The notes beneath the pieces were generated by a model, which saw only the letters and a list, made by a program, of their open reading frames with translations, did no database searches and was not told the DNA's origin. The position numbers and the translations under genes were made by a program. Of a DNA stretch of 64,000 nt, positions 38,162 through 47,622 are shown piece by piece (the stretch's first letter is position 1; every line of letters begins with the position of its first letter). Source of the stretch: a bacterium (lineage in GTDB: Bacteria; Patescibacteriota; Minisyncoccia; UBA6257; JAUSGH01); NCBI GenBank assembly GCA_030649055.1, contig JAUSGH010000003.1, positions 354-64,353 on the forward strand, read 5' to 3'.

Positions 38162-38845
38162 ATGCGCAAGTACCAATGGACACTGGTTCTCCTCGTGGTC
38201 GGCAGCATGGCGGCGTCCATGCTCTGGCTGCAAAGACCGACGCTGAAACCCCCGCACTCCCCAGCCGCCGACGCAGCCGCAATGATGCCGGCGCACAACG
38301 GCGAGCAATCTCATGCACCGCAGGTCACGCCGACGACTGCATCAACGCTTCAGTTGCCAACGGAAGCGCACCAGAAATCAGCGACAAAAGACGCAGGAAG
38401 TCAGGAGGTTCAGCAACTGCGCCAGGAAATCACCCGACTCAAGGAGCAAATCGCGCCAGTGCCGGCGCTTCCCAACACGAGATACGGAGATGCTCTCAGC
38501 AAGATGCGTCGGGGCATGAGCCAGGATGAGGTACTCGACATCGCAAGCGCTTGCAACCTTAAAAACCCAGACGCATCCACCACCTGGATCAACGATGACA
38601 GAAAAAAGGGCGATTGCAGGCAACTCCGTTGGCAACTCACATGGCGGTGCAATTACAACTGCGGCAAAACCGAGAAGTACCTCCCCTGCGACGCGGACGA
38701 GAGCCAAAAAGCGCACTGGGACATATACATGTGCCTCGAATTCATCAACGGAAGGCTGGAGGATGGGTACTGCTCGTACGGTTACGAAGTCAAACGGGAC
38801 AATCTCCCCGGAGACTCGACGCTAACCGATTCCGAAAGCAAGTAA
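38162..38845 (+). CDS. Membrane-anchored SmpA/OmlA-BLIP-like domain protein (array gene 3)
   Basis: TM, low-complexity linker, short coiled coil, KMRRGMSQDEV, LEFINGRLED; AGGAGG SD. Confidence 0.75.
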   Translation: MRKYQWTLVLLVVGSMAASMLWLQRPTLKPPHSPAADAAAMMPAHNGEQSHAPQVTPTTASTLQLPTEAHQKSATKDAGSQEVQQLRQEITRLKEQIAPVPALPNTRYGDALSKMRRGMSQDEVLDIASACNLKNPDASTTWINDDRKKGDCRQLRWQLTWRCNYNCGKTEKYLPCDADESQKAHWDIYMCLEFINGRLEDGYCSYGYEVKRDNLPGDSTLTDSESK

Positions 38846-38964
38846 CAGACGCAAACGACAGCCCGAGGGGTTCCATACCTCCCGGGCTGTTCACTTTTTC
38901 ACCGGCTTTTGTTACTATAGTTACAGTTCGCAAATTCGTAGTCCACTTTTTTAAGGAGTCCGTC

Positions 38965-39459
38965 GTGAAACAGCGCACAGGAGTGATAGCGGTGGCAGGA
39001 CTTGTCATCCTCATCACTATGGTCATCCTGACCTTCCCGAAGTTCAAACGGGACGTGGAGAGTCTCGGTGAGCCACAACGGAAAATTCAGCAGGAGCTCG
39101 CGGAACTGAAAAAGCTGGTCGCGCCCGAACCGCCGCACTGCGTGTTCGATGATGTCCCTGCGAAGCTCCAGAAGGGTATGACCGAAGACGAAGCGCTCGC
39201 GGCAGTCAAGTCCTGCAACGTCCCAGGAAAGCCGAAGCAGGACTTCTCCCGCGACGAGGTGAACCCCTTGACGGGAGAGAACATCCGCAGCAGAGAGATC
39301 CTCTATGGAATGTACATCATCAGCGGACGGAACGACTGGATGATGGAGCTTGGCCTCTACTTCGCCGACGGCAAACTCTACGACGTGGCCCGCAGGAGTT
39401 GGCGCAGCATGGAATGGAAGCGGACCCATTGGCAACCGGAGATTCCGAAGAACAAGTGA
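38965..39459 (+). CDS. Membrane-anchored SmpA/OmlA-BLIP-like domain protein (array gene 4)
   Basis: TM, short coiled coil, KLQKGMTEDEA, LYFADGKLYD; AAGGAG SD before GTG. Confidence 0.75.
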   Translation: MKQRTGVIAVAGLVILITMVILTFPKFKRDVESLGEPQRKIQQELAELKKLVAPEPPHCVFDDVPAKLQKGMTEDEALAAVKSCNVPGKPKQDFSRDEVNPLTGENIRSREILYGMYIISGRNDWMMELGLYFADGKLYDVARRSWRSMEWKRTHWQPEIPKNK

Positions 39460-39574
39460 TGCACGCAACAGCCCGAGAGGTATGGAACCTCTCGGGCTGT
39501 TCACTTTTTTACAAGCTCTGTTACGATAGTTATAGTTCGCAATTTGCGACCTCTCTCCAAACGGAGGACTGACC

Positions 39575-40159
39575 ATGAAAGAGTTTCAGAAGGTCGCTGT
39601 GCCGCAGGGACCCCTTTTAGCGCTGGCTTTCGGCACGGTGATGTTCGCCATTGGAGTCATCGCCGACATCGCGCAAGAACGATACGCGAGAAAACAAAGC
39701 ACGAGCAAGCAAAACGCTCAACCGCAGATGACATCCCCGACCGATGAGGCGAAGCTGCCGATCACAGACGCTCCGAAAGAGCCGAGTCCCAAGACGGACG
39801 AGCGGGATGAGGCAAAGCCGCCACAAAACGTCCTCGGCGACATCTTTGCGGACTTGCGAAGCGGCATGCCCTCCGCAGAACTCGACGCAGTTATCGCGAA
39901 GCATACGCTTGGCCCCGATAACTTGAGATTCTACGTCAAAAAAGAGCATCGCCCCGCCGAGGAAGGCCTCCCGAATGGAGTGGATGTCGAGACGAGATTA
40001 TGGCAATGGTGCCAAGACGAAGGATATCTGCTACGACTAGGCCACGACGACGACTACAGCTGGGTCACAACGCTCAGCGTAACGCTCTACAACAACACGG
40101 TCGCTCACTACATCTACAGATGGCACCGCGAAGTCGATTACGGTTGCACCACGGAGTAG
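39575..40159 (+). CDS. Membrane-anchored SmpA/OmlA-BLIP-like domain protein (array gene 5)
   Basis: TM, Pro/charged linker, DLRSGMPSAEL, LSVTLYNNTV; GGAGG SD. Confidence 0.72.
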   Translation: MKEFQKVAVPQGPLLALAFGTVMFAIGVIADIAQERYARKQSTSKQNAQPQMTSPTDEAKLPITDAPKEPSPKTDERDEAKPPQNVLGDIFADLRSGMPSAELDAVIAKHTLGPDNLRFYVKKEHRPAEEGLPNGVDVETRLWQWCQDEGYLLRLGHDDDYSWVTTLSVTLYNNTVAHYIYRWHREVDYGCTTE

Positions 40160-40264
40160 TGCTGTCGAAGCACAAACAGCCCGCAGGCATTTCGCCTCGG
40201 GCTGTTCACGTTTTCACCCGCACCCCACACTTTGCGCCACGCTTCTCCTCCACTAATCGCACAC

Positions 40265-40306
40265 AACTGCTTCCTAACTTCACGATCGTGAAGTTAGGAA
40301 GCAGTT
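40265..40306. repeat. 42-bp perfect palindrome, copy 1
   Basis: AACTGCTTCCTAACTTCACGA|TCGTGAAGTTAGGAAGCAGTT. Confidence 0.97.
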
Positions 40307-40342
40307 TATGCACGCAAAACGAAATCCAGCATCTATACAAAC

Positions 40343-40927
40343 TCAAATCACTTGCCGCAATGTACCGCTCTTGCTGATTTCGAAAATCTCAACGAGCCGA
40401 AGAAGGCCAAGTTTTTCAAGCTCGCCGATGAATGACTCGGGTAACAGCACCTTCCCCACCCAAACGCTCTTCTGTAACATGATAAATCCCAACGTACGCA
40501 GCACATCGCGCAGCCAATCGCGTTTCCGACGTTCGCGTTCCGGAATATCAAAAACGACAATGTTCAGACGAGGGGCTGCTTTGACCACCGCGGAATCAGC
40601 TAAACGTTGCTTCGCGGTACGAAATTGAAGCGCCACCTTACGTTGTAGCCCTTTTTCTGTTGTATGCCACCGCGTATGCGCTTGTGATACGTCGCTTACA
40701 ATGAGTCCCTGTTGCCGCAATTTACAGACGGCATTATAGATCTGACGGCGCGAGAAATCTTTCACGGCGCGCATTTCACGCTCCGCGACACGCTTCCCGA
40801 GCTCGCGCCGCATGCGGCCATATGAGGCACCATAACCAGCGGACAAAAAGGCGCCGGCAAAATCACCGATGCCTCCGACAAATCCGGTGATACTCTCTAA
40901 AATTTTTAACGTGATATCCCCGTTCAT
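40343..40927 (-). CDS. PaaX-like protein: winged helix plus Cas2-like ferredoxin-fold domain
   Basis: IYNAVCKLRQQGLI...HTTEKG (wHTH); IVVFDIPERERRKRDWLRDVLRTLGFIMLQKSVWV. Confidence 0.85.
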   Translation of the reverse strand: MNGDITLKILESITGFVGGIGDFAGAFLSAGYGASYGRMRRELGKRVAEREMRAVKDFSRRQIYNAVCKLRQQGLIVSDVSQAHTRWHTTEKGLQRKVALQFRTAKQRLADSAVVKAAPRLNIVVFDIPERERRKRDWLRDVLRTLGFIMLQKSVWVGKVLLPESFIGELEKLGLLRLVEIFEISKSGTLRQVI

Positions 40928-40945
40928 TGTTTTTCATCCTACCAC

Positions 40946-40987
40946 AACTGCTTCCTAACTTCACGATCGTGAAGTTAGGAAGCAGTT
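40946..40987. repeat. 42-bp perfect palindrome, copy 2 (identical)
   Basis: Same sequence as 40265-40306; both copies preceded by CAC. Confidence 0.97.
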
Positions 40988-41019
40988 CCAAAATAAAAAC
41001 TCATAGGAGAGCATGGCGC

Positions 41020-41490
41020 TCACTGCGCCTCCACAACGCTCGATCTCAGTTTCGCAACGATTTCTTTGCGGACATTAGCGGGAACTTCCTGCATACGATC
41101 TCTATTATAGTGCTGGCCGAATTCCGGGTCGGTAAACCGCGTACGGGAAATCTCAACGGTATGGTTATAGCGCGGACGCGCGTGCCAGTGGACATGCGGG
41201 TTAGGAATCGCCGCGCGGAAAGAGTCGTTCATCATGCACGTCCAGTTAAACATAGTGGCGTCGAATGATTTCTTCGCCGCCGCTTCAAACTTTTTCACGA
41301 TGCTTCCGAAATCCGCAACCTCCTCCGCGGTTACGTCCGACAAACTCGCCGCGTGACGCTTTAACGCCACAATACTCCGCCCGACGTATGATTGCTCTGT
41401 TGCCAACCACACCATCCAAAACGGCGTTTCAAAAATAAGATTTTCATCTTTCGCGGAAAACTGACAGAATTTGCATTCGTTGTTTGCCAT
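41020..41490 (-). CDS. HIT family hydrolase
   Basis: N-terminal CKFC, PHVHWHARPR histidine triad. Confidence 0.93.
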   Translation of the reverse strand: MANNECKFCQFSAKDENLIFETPFWMVWLATEQSYVGRSIVALKRHAASLSDVTAEEVADFGSIVKKFEAAAKKSFDATMFNWTCMMNDSFRAAIPNPHVHWHARPRYNHTVEISRTRFTDPEFGQHYNRDRMQEVPANVRKEIVAKLRSSVVEAQ

Positions 41491-41558
41491 AAATGTATTC
41501 CTTCGACAGGCTCAGGAAATAATTTTATTATGCGCTGAGCTTGTCGAAGCGCTACCTT

Positions 41559-44500
41559 TTACTTCTTCCGTATCCCCAGCCATACCTCATTTTCTTCGAC
41601 TTTAGTTGAAATCTCGGCATCAAACTTTTCGCTCTTCTTAAATTCAACTTCCGACAAGCTGGTTTCGTTTTTGAAATCCTTAAGGCGCGCCTCAATAACG
41701 GCCTTAAGCGCCGGCGGAAACATTACCGAAAGAATGGCGCGCTCGCCCGGCTTGTAGTCCGCTGTCTGACGCAACTCCTGCACCATGCGCACGAGCTCAC
41801 GGAAAAGTCCCTCATTGCGCAACTCCGGCGTAATTTTTGTATCAAGCTCCACGTCCCCCGCCATGCTTGAATCAATAACAATTTCTTTCACGTTCACCTC
41901 ATCTTTGAGAATATCCAGAAGTTCGCTTGCTTTCTTGCTTTCTTGCTTTATTGCTTTATTGATTCTGAGCGCCGCCAGCGGTTGCCGCACCTTAATCCCC
42001 GCCTCCGCCCGTTTTGCCAAACCGATACTCGCGAGCTTACGTACCTCCTCCATCGCGGCAACAAGCGCGTCGTCCGAAAGTTTTGCATCCGTCTCCGGCC
42101 AATCCGTGAGATGAACCGAGCTTTGTTTTTTTGCTTTATTGCTTTCTTGATTCATTGAAGCATACAGCGCCTCCCCAAAAAACGGCGTAAATGGCGCGAT
42201 AAGCTTAGAGAGGGTACCGAGCACCTCGCGCAGCGTAGCGGAGGCGGCTTCATAGTCGCCTTTTTCCGGACGTTGAAATCTGCGCCGCGAACGCCGGATG
42301 TACCACCGCGAAAGATCGTCAACAAACAATTCAATCGCCCGCGCCGCCTCGTTCATTTCATAGGAGTCAAGTTTTGCGGTCACGACACCGATAAGCGACT
42401 GGAGCTTCGCCAAAATCCAGCGATCTAGCACATTAACAGATGACAATTGACCTTCGACAATTGACTTAGCCCCATACGTGTCTAAAAATACGAACGAGTT
42501 ATATAAAATCGCGAAAAATCGCCGGTAGGTTTTCAATAAGTCATTCTCATCGTACCGCTTCGGCTCACCCGCGGGATTCACGGTATAGAAATACCAACGC
42601 ACAACATCCGCACCGTATTTCTGAATCATCGCCATCGGTTCCACGACGTTGCCTTTGGATTTGGACATTTTGAGCCCGTTTTTATCCAGCACGTGTCCCA
42701 GCGAAACCACATTTTTATAGGGCGCGCCGCGTCCCAAAAGCACCGACACGGCAAGGAGCGTGTAAAACCAGCCACGCGTCTGGTCAATTCCTTCAGTAAT
42801 GTAATCCGCCGGAAACAGCGTGCCGTTGTCCACTTCTTTTTTATGCTCAAACGGATAATGCCACTGCGCATAGGGCATCGCTCCCGAGTCAAACCACACA
42901 TCCGCCACTTCTTTCACTCTTGTCATGCGCGATTTGCACTTCGCACAACGCAAATACAGCTCGTCCACATACGGCCGGTGCACATCAAGATTCCCCGCCG
43001 CGTCATATGGATAGTTACGCAACACAAGCGACCGATAATTGCCGGGTTGGATGTAGTCAAGCGCTAAGACTTCCTCATCAGAGAGTCCGTTCAGTTTTCC
43101 TTCAAGTACCCACAACGGATCACCGTGGCTTACCACCACAATACGCTTACCTACATACTTCGCATTCAACTCCCGCAAAAATGCGAGCATGCGCGCTTGT
43201 ACCTCGTGGAGATTTTCACCTCCTTCGGGCGTTTGTGTAAATTCCAATACCGATCTCCCACCAAAAATCGCCCGATACTCCTCAACGGTTTTGCCGTTAT
43301 AGACGCCGGTATTTATTTCACCGAGACGATCATCGTAGATGACAGGAATCTTGCCGAGCGTAGCTAAAAGCACCTGCACCGTTTGCCTAGTACGGTGATA
43401 GGGCGAGGCAACAATAAGGTCAATTTTTTCTTTCTTTAATTTCTTCGCGACACCTTCAACGTCCGCAATACCGCGCTTCGTAAGCTCTGATTTCTTTTCT
43501 ATTTTAGTACCTGAAGCAATCCACCCTTCTACGTTATGCGTCGCCTCGCCATGCCGCACGGCAAAAAATGTATTTCTATTAAATGCGAATTCATCCAAGT
43601 CGGCAAACGAAGAAATCACGCGCGTTGCGTCGCATTTTTCGCACTCCCAGATCGGCAAGGGAGTCCCCCAATACCGCTCGCGCGAAATCGCCCAATCTTT
43701 CACCTCGCGGATCCACTCGCCAAAACGCCCTTCCTTCAAATGCGCCGGCACCCAATTGATTTCTTTATTCGCCGCGAGAAGTTTTGCGCGCATCTTGCTC
43801 ATCTCAATAAACCAGGAGGTCCGCGCGAAGTAGATCAAAGGGCTTGAACAGCGCCAGCAAAACGGATAGTCGTGCTCCACGCTCCCCTCGGAATACATAA
43901 GACCACGCGACACTAAGTCCACGACGATGTCTTTGTCGGCCGATTTAATAAACCGCCCGCTGCCCGGAAGGTTGCCCAGTACCATACCGCGCTCGTCAAT
44001 GGTGCGCGGGATTTCATCGGTGGTCAGTTTCCACGTTTCGGAAATAAGCCGATAGTCATCTTCGCCGAACGCCGGGGCAATGTGCACCAATCCCGTTCCC
44101 TCGCCGGTTTGCACGAAATCGGCAGAAAGAACGGCATAAAATTGCTTTGTTGCTTTGTTGCTTTGTTGCTTTATCGGATAGAGCCCTTCATACCGAAGTC
44201 CCACCAACTTTTTCCCCAAAAGCTGTTCCACGGCCTCCGGTACCATGCCATTGACCGTCGGCGGCGCGTTGTACGACCAAAGATATTCATCACCGACTTT
44301 ATATTTGGTGTAGGTCAGTTTCGGATTGACTGCCACCGCGACATTCGACGGCAGTGTCCACGGAGTGGTGGTCCATACTAATAGAAATTCTTTATTCGCT
44401 GAGCTTGTCGAAGCGCTACCTTTATTTCTGATTTTAAACTTCACATACACCGACGGATCCTTCGTCAGCTTATATGCTTGCGCAAGCTCGTGGCTGGAAA

Positions 44501-45098
44501 GCGAAGTTTGACACCGCGGGCACCACGGCACAACTTTGTACAACTTCTTCAATAAACCTTTTTTCGCAATCTGCGCCATCACCCACCAAAGCGATTCCAC
44601 AAAATCATTCGCGTAGGTAATATACGGATGCTCGGAATCAATCCAAAAACCGATACGGTCACTGAACCGCTCCCATTCATTTTTATATTTCCAGATTGAC
44701 TCCTTTGCCCGCGCGTTAAACGCCGCGATACCAAACGTTTCAATCTCTTGTTTGTTTTTTAATCCAAGCGCTTTTTCCACCTCAATCTCAACGGGAAGAC
44801 CATGCGTGTCCCACCCCGCGCGCCGAGGAACATAAAACCCGCGCATGGTTTTGTAGCGCAGAATAATATCCTTAAACGTCCGCGTTTCCGCGTGCCCGAT
44901 GTGCGGCAAACCATTCGCCGTCGGCGGTCCTTCAAAAAACACGAAGTGTTTTTTACCCTGCCTGCCCGCCGAAGCCTTGGCGGAGGCGGGAGCCTGTCGA
45001 AGGGCTACCGATTTTTTGAAAATCTCATTCTCCGCCCAAAACTTAAGGACTTTCTCTTCCAACTCGGGCAGATTGAATTGCTTGAGACCTCTTAGCAT
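41559..45098 (-). CDS. ileS: Isoleucine--tRNA ligase (type 2-like) with inserted histidine-phosphatase domain
   Basis: EGPPTANGLPHIGH, GWDTHGLP, WTTTPWTLP, DWAISRERYWG, EGIDQTRGWF, KMSKSKGN; insert FAVRHGE...VVSHGD. Confidence 0.96.
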   Translation of the reverse strand: MLRGLKQFNLPELEEKVLKFWAENEIFKKSVALRQAPASAKASAGRQGKKHFVFFEGPPTANGLPHIGHAETRTFKDIILRYKTMRGFYVPRRAGWDTHGLPVEIEVEKALGLKNKQEIETFGIAAFNARAKESIWKYKNEWERFSDRIGFWIDSEHPYITYANDFVESLWWVMAQIAKKGLLKKLYKVVPWCPRCQTSLSSHELAQAYKLTKDPSVYVKFKIRNKGSASTSSANKEFLLVWTTTPWTLPSNVAVAVNPKLTYTKYKVGDEYLWSYNAPPTVNGMVPEAVEQLLGKKLVGLRYEGLYPIKQQSNKATKQFYAVLSADFVQTGEGTGLVHIAPAFGEDDYRLISETWKLTTDEIPRTIDERGMVLGNLPGSGRFIKSADKDIVVDLVSRGLMYSEGSVEHDYPFCWRCSSPLIYFARTSWFIEMSKMRAKLLAANKEINWVPAHLKEGRFGEWIREVKDWAISRERYWGTPLPIWECEKCDATRVISSFADLDEFAFNRNTFFAVRHGEATHNVEGWIASGTKIEKKSELTKRGIADVEGVAKKLKKEKIDLIVASPYHRTRQTVQVLLATLGKIPVIYDDRLGEINTGVYNGKTVEEYRAIFGGRSVLEFTQTPEGGENLHEVQARMLAFLRELNAKYVGKRIVVVSHGDPLWVLEGKLNGLSDEEVLALDYIQPGNYRSLVLRNYPYDAAGNLDVHRPYVDELYLRCAKCKSRMTRVKEVADVWFDSGAMPYAQWHYPFEHKKEVDNGTLFPADYITEGIDQTRGWFYTLLAVSVLLGRGAPYKNVVSLGHVLDKNGLKMSKSKGNVVEPMAMIQKYGADVVRWYFYTVNPAGEPKRYDENDLLKTYRRFFAILYNSFVFLDTYGAKSIVEGQLSSVNVLDRWILAKLQSLIGVVTAKLDSYEMNEAARAIELFVDDLSRWYIRRSRRRFQRPEKGDYEAASATLREVLGTLSKLIAPFTPFFGEALYASMNQESNKAKKQSSVHLTDWPETDAKLSDDALVAAMEEVRKLASIGLAKRAEAGIKVRQPLAALRINKAIKQESKKASELLDILKDEVNVKEIVIDSSMAGDVELDTKITPELRNEGLFRELVRMVQELRQTADYKPGERAILSVMFPPALKAVIEARLKDFKNETSLSEVEFKKSEKFDAEISTKVEENEVWLGIRKK

Positions 45099-45246
45099 AC
45101 TCTCTATCGTATACGGAAAATCTCAATTTTTCAAGAAAAAACCACAAAAGAATTTTGTGACTTTAGCTACAAGTTCTCCGAAAAAGAATAGGAGGTCTCG
45201 TCGAGACCTCCTCCAAGCTCCTAGAGAACGATAATTAGTGTTGGGT

Positions 45247-45606
45247 CTACGGAGCGATTCCGGTATCCCAATCGTAGGTTTTCGGACCATCTTCTCCTTC
45301 GCGCGCCTCGCGTACAAGCTTAAGATACTCCTTAGATTCGCCCAAGGTATCAATGACGTGCTTCTTGCCGTCAGCCCATGGGAAAGGACTTTTTCGCTGA
45401 ACAGTCGGGCATCCGGTCAACTCACGAACCATCTGATCAATCACCCACGCCTTGTGATGCTCTCCGTCGACCCCACCAGACTCTACGGCGATTTTTAAGG
45501 CCTTATCAATCCGAGCTTGCAGCGCCTCCTGATTTTCTTTCCCTTCAGGACTATTCTCAGTCATCGGCTTTACCTCCTCGTTTGGTTGTTGTTCTGGTGA
45601 TTTCAT
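45247..45606 (-). CDS. Hypothetical protein
   Basis: Coherent ORF with DGEHHKAWVIDQMVREL and terminal WDTGIAP. Confidence 0.7.
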   Translation of the reverse strand: MKSPEQQPNEEVKPMTENSPEGKENQEALQARIDKALKIAVESGGVDGEHHKAWVIDQMVRELTGCPTVQRKSPFPWADGKKHVIDTLGESKEYLKLVREAREGEDGPKTYDWDTGIAP

Positions 45607-45763
45607 TACAAATTGAATTATAAAAAAGTCTTCACTTAAAGTCAATAGCTCGGCTTAAGCAGCCGCAACTCAATATCGTTCAGTTTTAACTGTAGAATTT
45701 CAATATGCCTTTTTCCATTCGCATTATTACCGAGCCAAATTCGCGTTATTCGCGATTACTCCC

Positions 45764-47323
45764 CTACATCTTCTCCGGCGCGCTCACGCCAAGCACGCGC
45801 AAGACATTTTCCAACACCATGCGCGCCGCCTCAACCAATTGCAATCGTTCAGTAACCACCGCGCCACTGGAGTCAATCACGCGTTCTTTCTCATAAAAGT
45901 CGTGGAATGCGCGTGCAAGATCCGTCGCGTACCGTGTCAGTCGATGTACTTCGTAATCCGCCGCGGTTTGCGCAATGACATCCGGAAACTCCGCCATTGT
46001 TTTAAGGAGTTTCAGCTCGCTTTCTTCCTTGAGCCCCGTTATGTTTGCTTCTTTGTTTCTTTGCTTCTTTGCTTTCTCCAAAACGCTCCCCGCCCGAACG
46101 TACGCGTACTGCACATAATATACCGGATTTTTCACCGAGCGCTCTTTCGCAAGGTCAAGATCAAAGTCCATGTGACTGCCGGCGGAGTTCATCAAAAAGA
46201 AAAACCGCGCGGCATCTGCCCCCACTTCCTCCAACAGCTCATCCATCGTCACAAACTCGCCCTTGCGTTTGGACATGCGCACCTCTTTACCGCCGGAAAC
46301 AAGCCGCACCAGCTGCGTGATAATAATCTTCAGTCGCTCCGGCGCAACACCAAGCGCTGCGACACCTTTTTTTATTTGCTCGGCGTAGCCGTGGTGATCC
46401 GCGCCCCAAATATCAATCGCAACGTCAAATTTACGCTTAAAAAGCTTATCGTAGTGATACGCGAGATCAGGAAGAAAATATGTGGGGGTATTATCTGACT
46501 TAATCAAAACTTTATCGCCAAACCAGACCGCGCCCTCTTTCCGCTCCACGAGTCCTTTCTGTTCTAAGAACGCAAGCATTTTTTCCAATTCGCCGCCGGC
46601 GCGCAAATTTTCTTCCTCCGAAAAGAACACGTCATATATAATTCCCGCTTTTTTTAATGACGCCTTGATAGATTTCAACAACAACGCAACCGCTTGTTTG
46701 CCGGTTTTGCCTTTCAATTCTTTGATGTATTCTCCTTTATAATATTCCTCTTTTTCCGGCAACTTCCCTTCGGCGGCTTGGATGCTTTCGCCCAACAGCC
46801 GCACTTGGTTACCGGCATCGTTCACGTAATACTCGCGTGTTACCTTGTGTCCCGCGCACTCTAAAACATTAGCAAGCACGTCACCCAAAAATCCTCCGCG
46901 TCCGTTCGCCATCGTCAAAGGGCCCGTCGGATTTGCCGAAACAAACTCAACGTTTATTTTTAGTCCCTGCCTGCCCGCCGAAGCCTTGGCGGAGGAGGGA
47001 GCCTGTCGAAGGGCTACCGCTCCATATTTTGCTTTTTGTTTTAACACCGCCAGAAGTTCCTCGCGAAGCACATCCGGCGCAAGTGTAAAATTGATAAATC
47101 CCGGCGCGGCAGCAACCACCTGCGTGAAAAACTTTCCTTTATCTTTCTCCGCTATTTCTTTTGCTAAACTTTCCGCAACCGCCATCGGCGGCATTTTTCG
47201 CTCTTTTGCCAATCGAAACGCAACGTTTGACGAATAATCGCCGAACTTCGCATCCGCGGTTTTCTCCAACGGCCAGTCGTTCCCAGTTAATTCCTTGAGA
47301 TGCTGTTGAATTTTGGTAAGCAT
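45764..47323 (-). CDS. argS: Arginine--tRNA ligase
   Basis: FGDYSSNVAF, VEFVSANPTGPL, WGADHHGY, MSKRKG, YYVQYAYVR, APEKM. Confidence 0.97.
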   Translation of the reverse strand: MLTKIQQHLKELTGNDWPLEKTADAKFGDYSSNVAFRLAKERKMPPMAVAESLAKEIAEKDKGKFFTQVVAAAPGFINFTLAPDVLREELLAVLKQKAKYGAVALRQAPSSAKASAGRQGLKINVEFVSANPTGPLTMANGRGGFLGDVLANVLECAGHKVTREYYVNDAGNQVRLLGESIQAAEGKLPEKEEYYKGEYIKELKGKTGKQAVALLLKSIKASLKKAGIIYDVFFSEEENLRAGGELEKMLAFLEQKGLVERKEGAVWFGDKVLIKSDNTPTYFLPDLAYHYDKLFKRKFDVAIDIWGADHHGYAEQIKKGVAALGVAPERLKIIITQLVRLVSGGKEVRMSKRKGEFVTMDELLEEVGADAARFFFLMNSAGSHMDFDLDLAKERSVKNPVYYVQYAYVRAGSVLEKAKKQRNKEANITGLKEESELKLLKTMAEFPDVIAQTAADYEVHRLTRYATDLARAFHDFYEKERVIDSSGAVVTERLQLVEAARMVLENVLRVLGVSAPEKM

Positions 47324-47333
47324 GAAATAAAAT

Positions 47334-47603
47334 TTATCTGTATAAATCGTGATCATCTACGTCCAACAAAATAGCCGATTTCCGAAACAGTTGAAAAAGA
47401 ATTCTGTACTTGGCATCCACAGAAAACGCGTAAAAGCCGGTGAGTCGACCCTTCAACTTATGTGTTCGGAGCAGGGGGTGAAAAACATCCTCTCGAAACA
47501 ACGCCTCTTTTGCTAATGCTTTTTCCTGAATCGCAGGAGACAAGCTTCGAAACGCGGCCTTAAAATTCGGGTGATAAAGAACGTGATCAATCTTTTGTGT
47601 CAT
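47334..47603 (-). CDS. RelE/YafQ-family toxin
   Basis: FHPLLRTHKLKGRL, YAFSVDAKYRILF, DVDDHDLY. Confidence 0.9.
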   Translation of the reverse strand: MTQKIDHVLYHPNFKAAFRSLSPAIQEKALAKEALFREDVFHPLLRTHKLKGRLTGFYAFSVDAKYRILFQLFRKSAILLDVDDHDLYR

Positions 47604-47622
47604 GGAAGCAACGAGGGAGCAT

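Noticed and set aside
38026-40214. Integron attC cassette array
   Set aside because: The spacer hairpins lack clear RYYYAAC...GTTRRRY ends, carry terminator-like T-tracts, and no integron integrase is in the window.
40262-40987. CRISPR array with cas2
   Set aside because: Only two repeats, separated by a whole gene; no spacers, cas1 or effector genes; the protein is a wHTH fusion of PaaX type.
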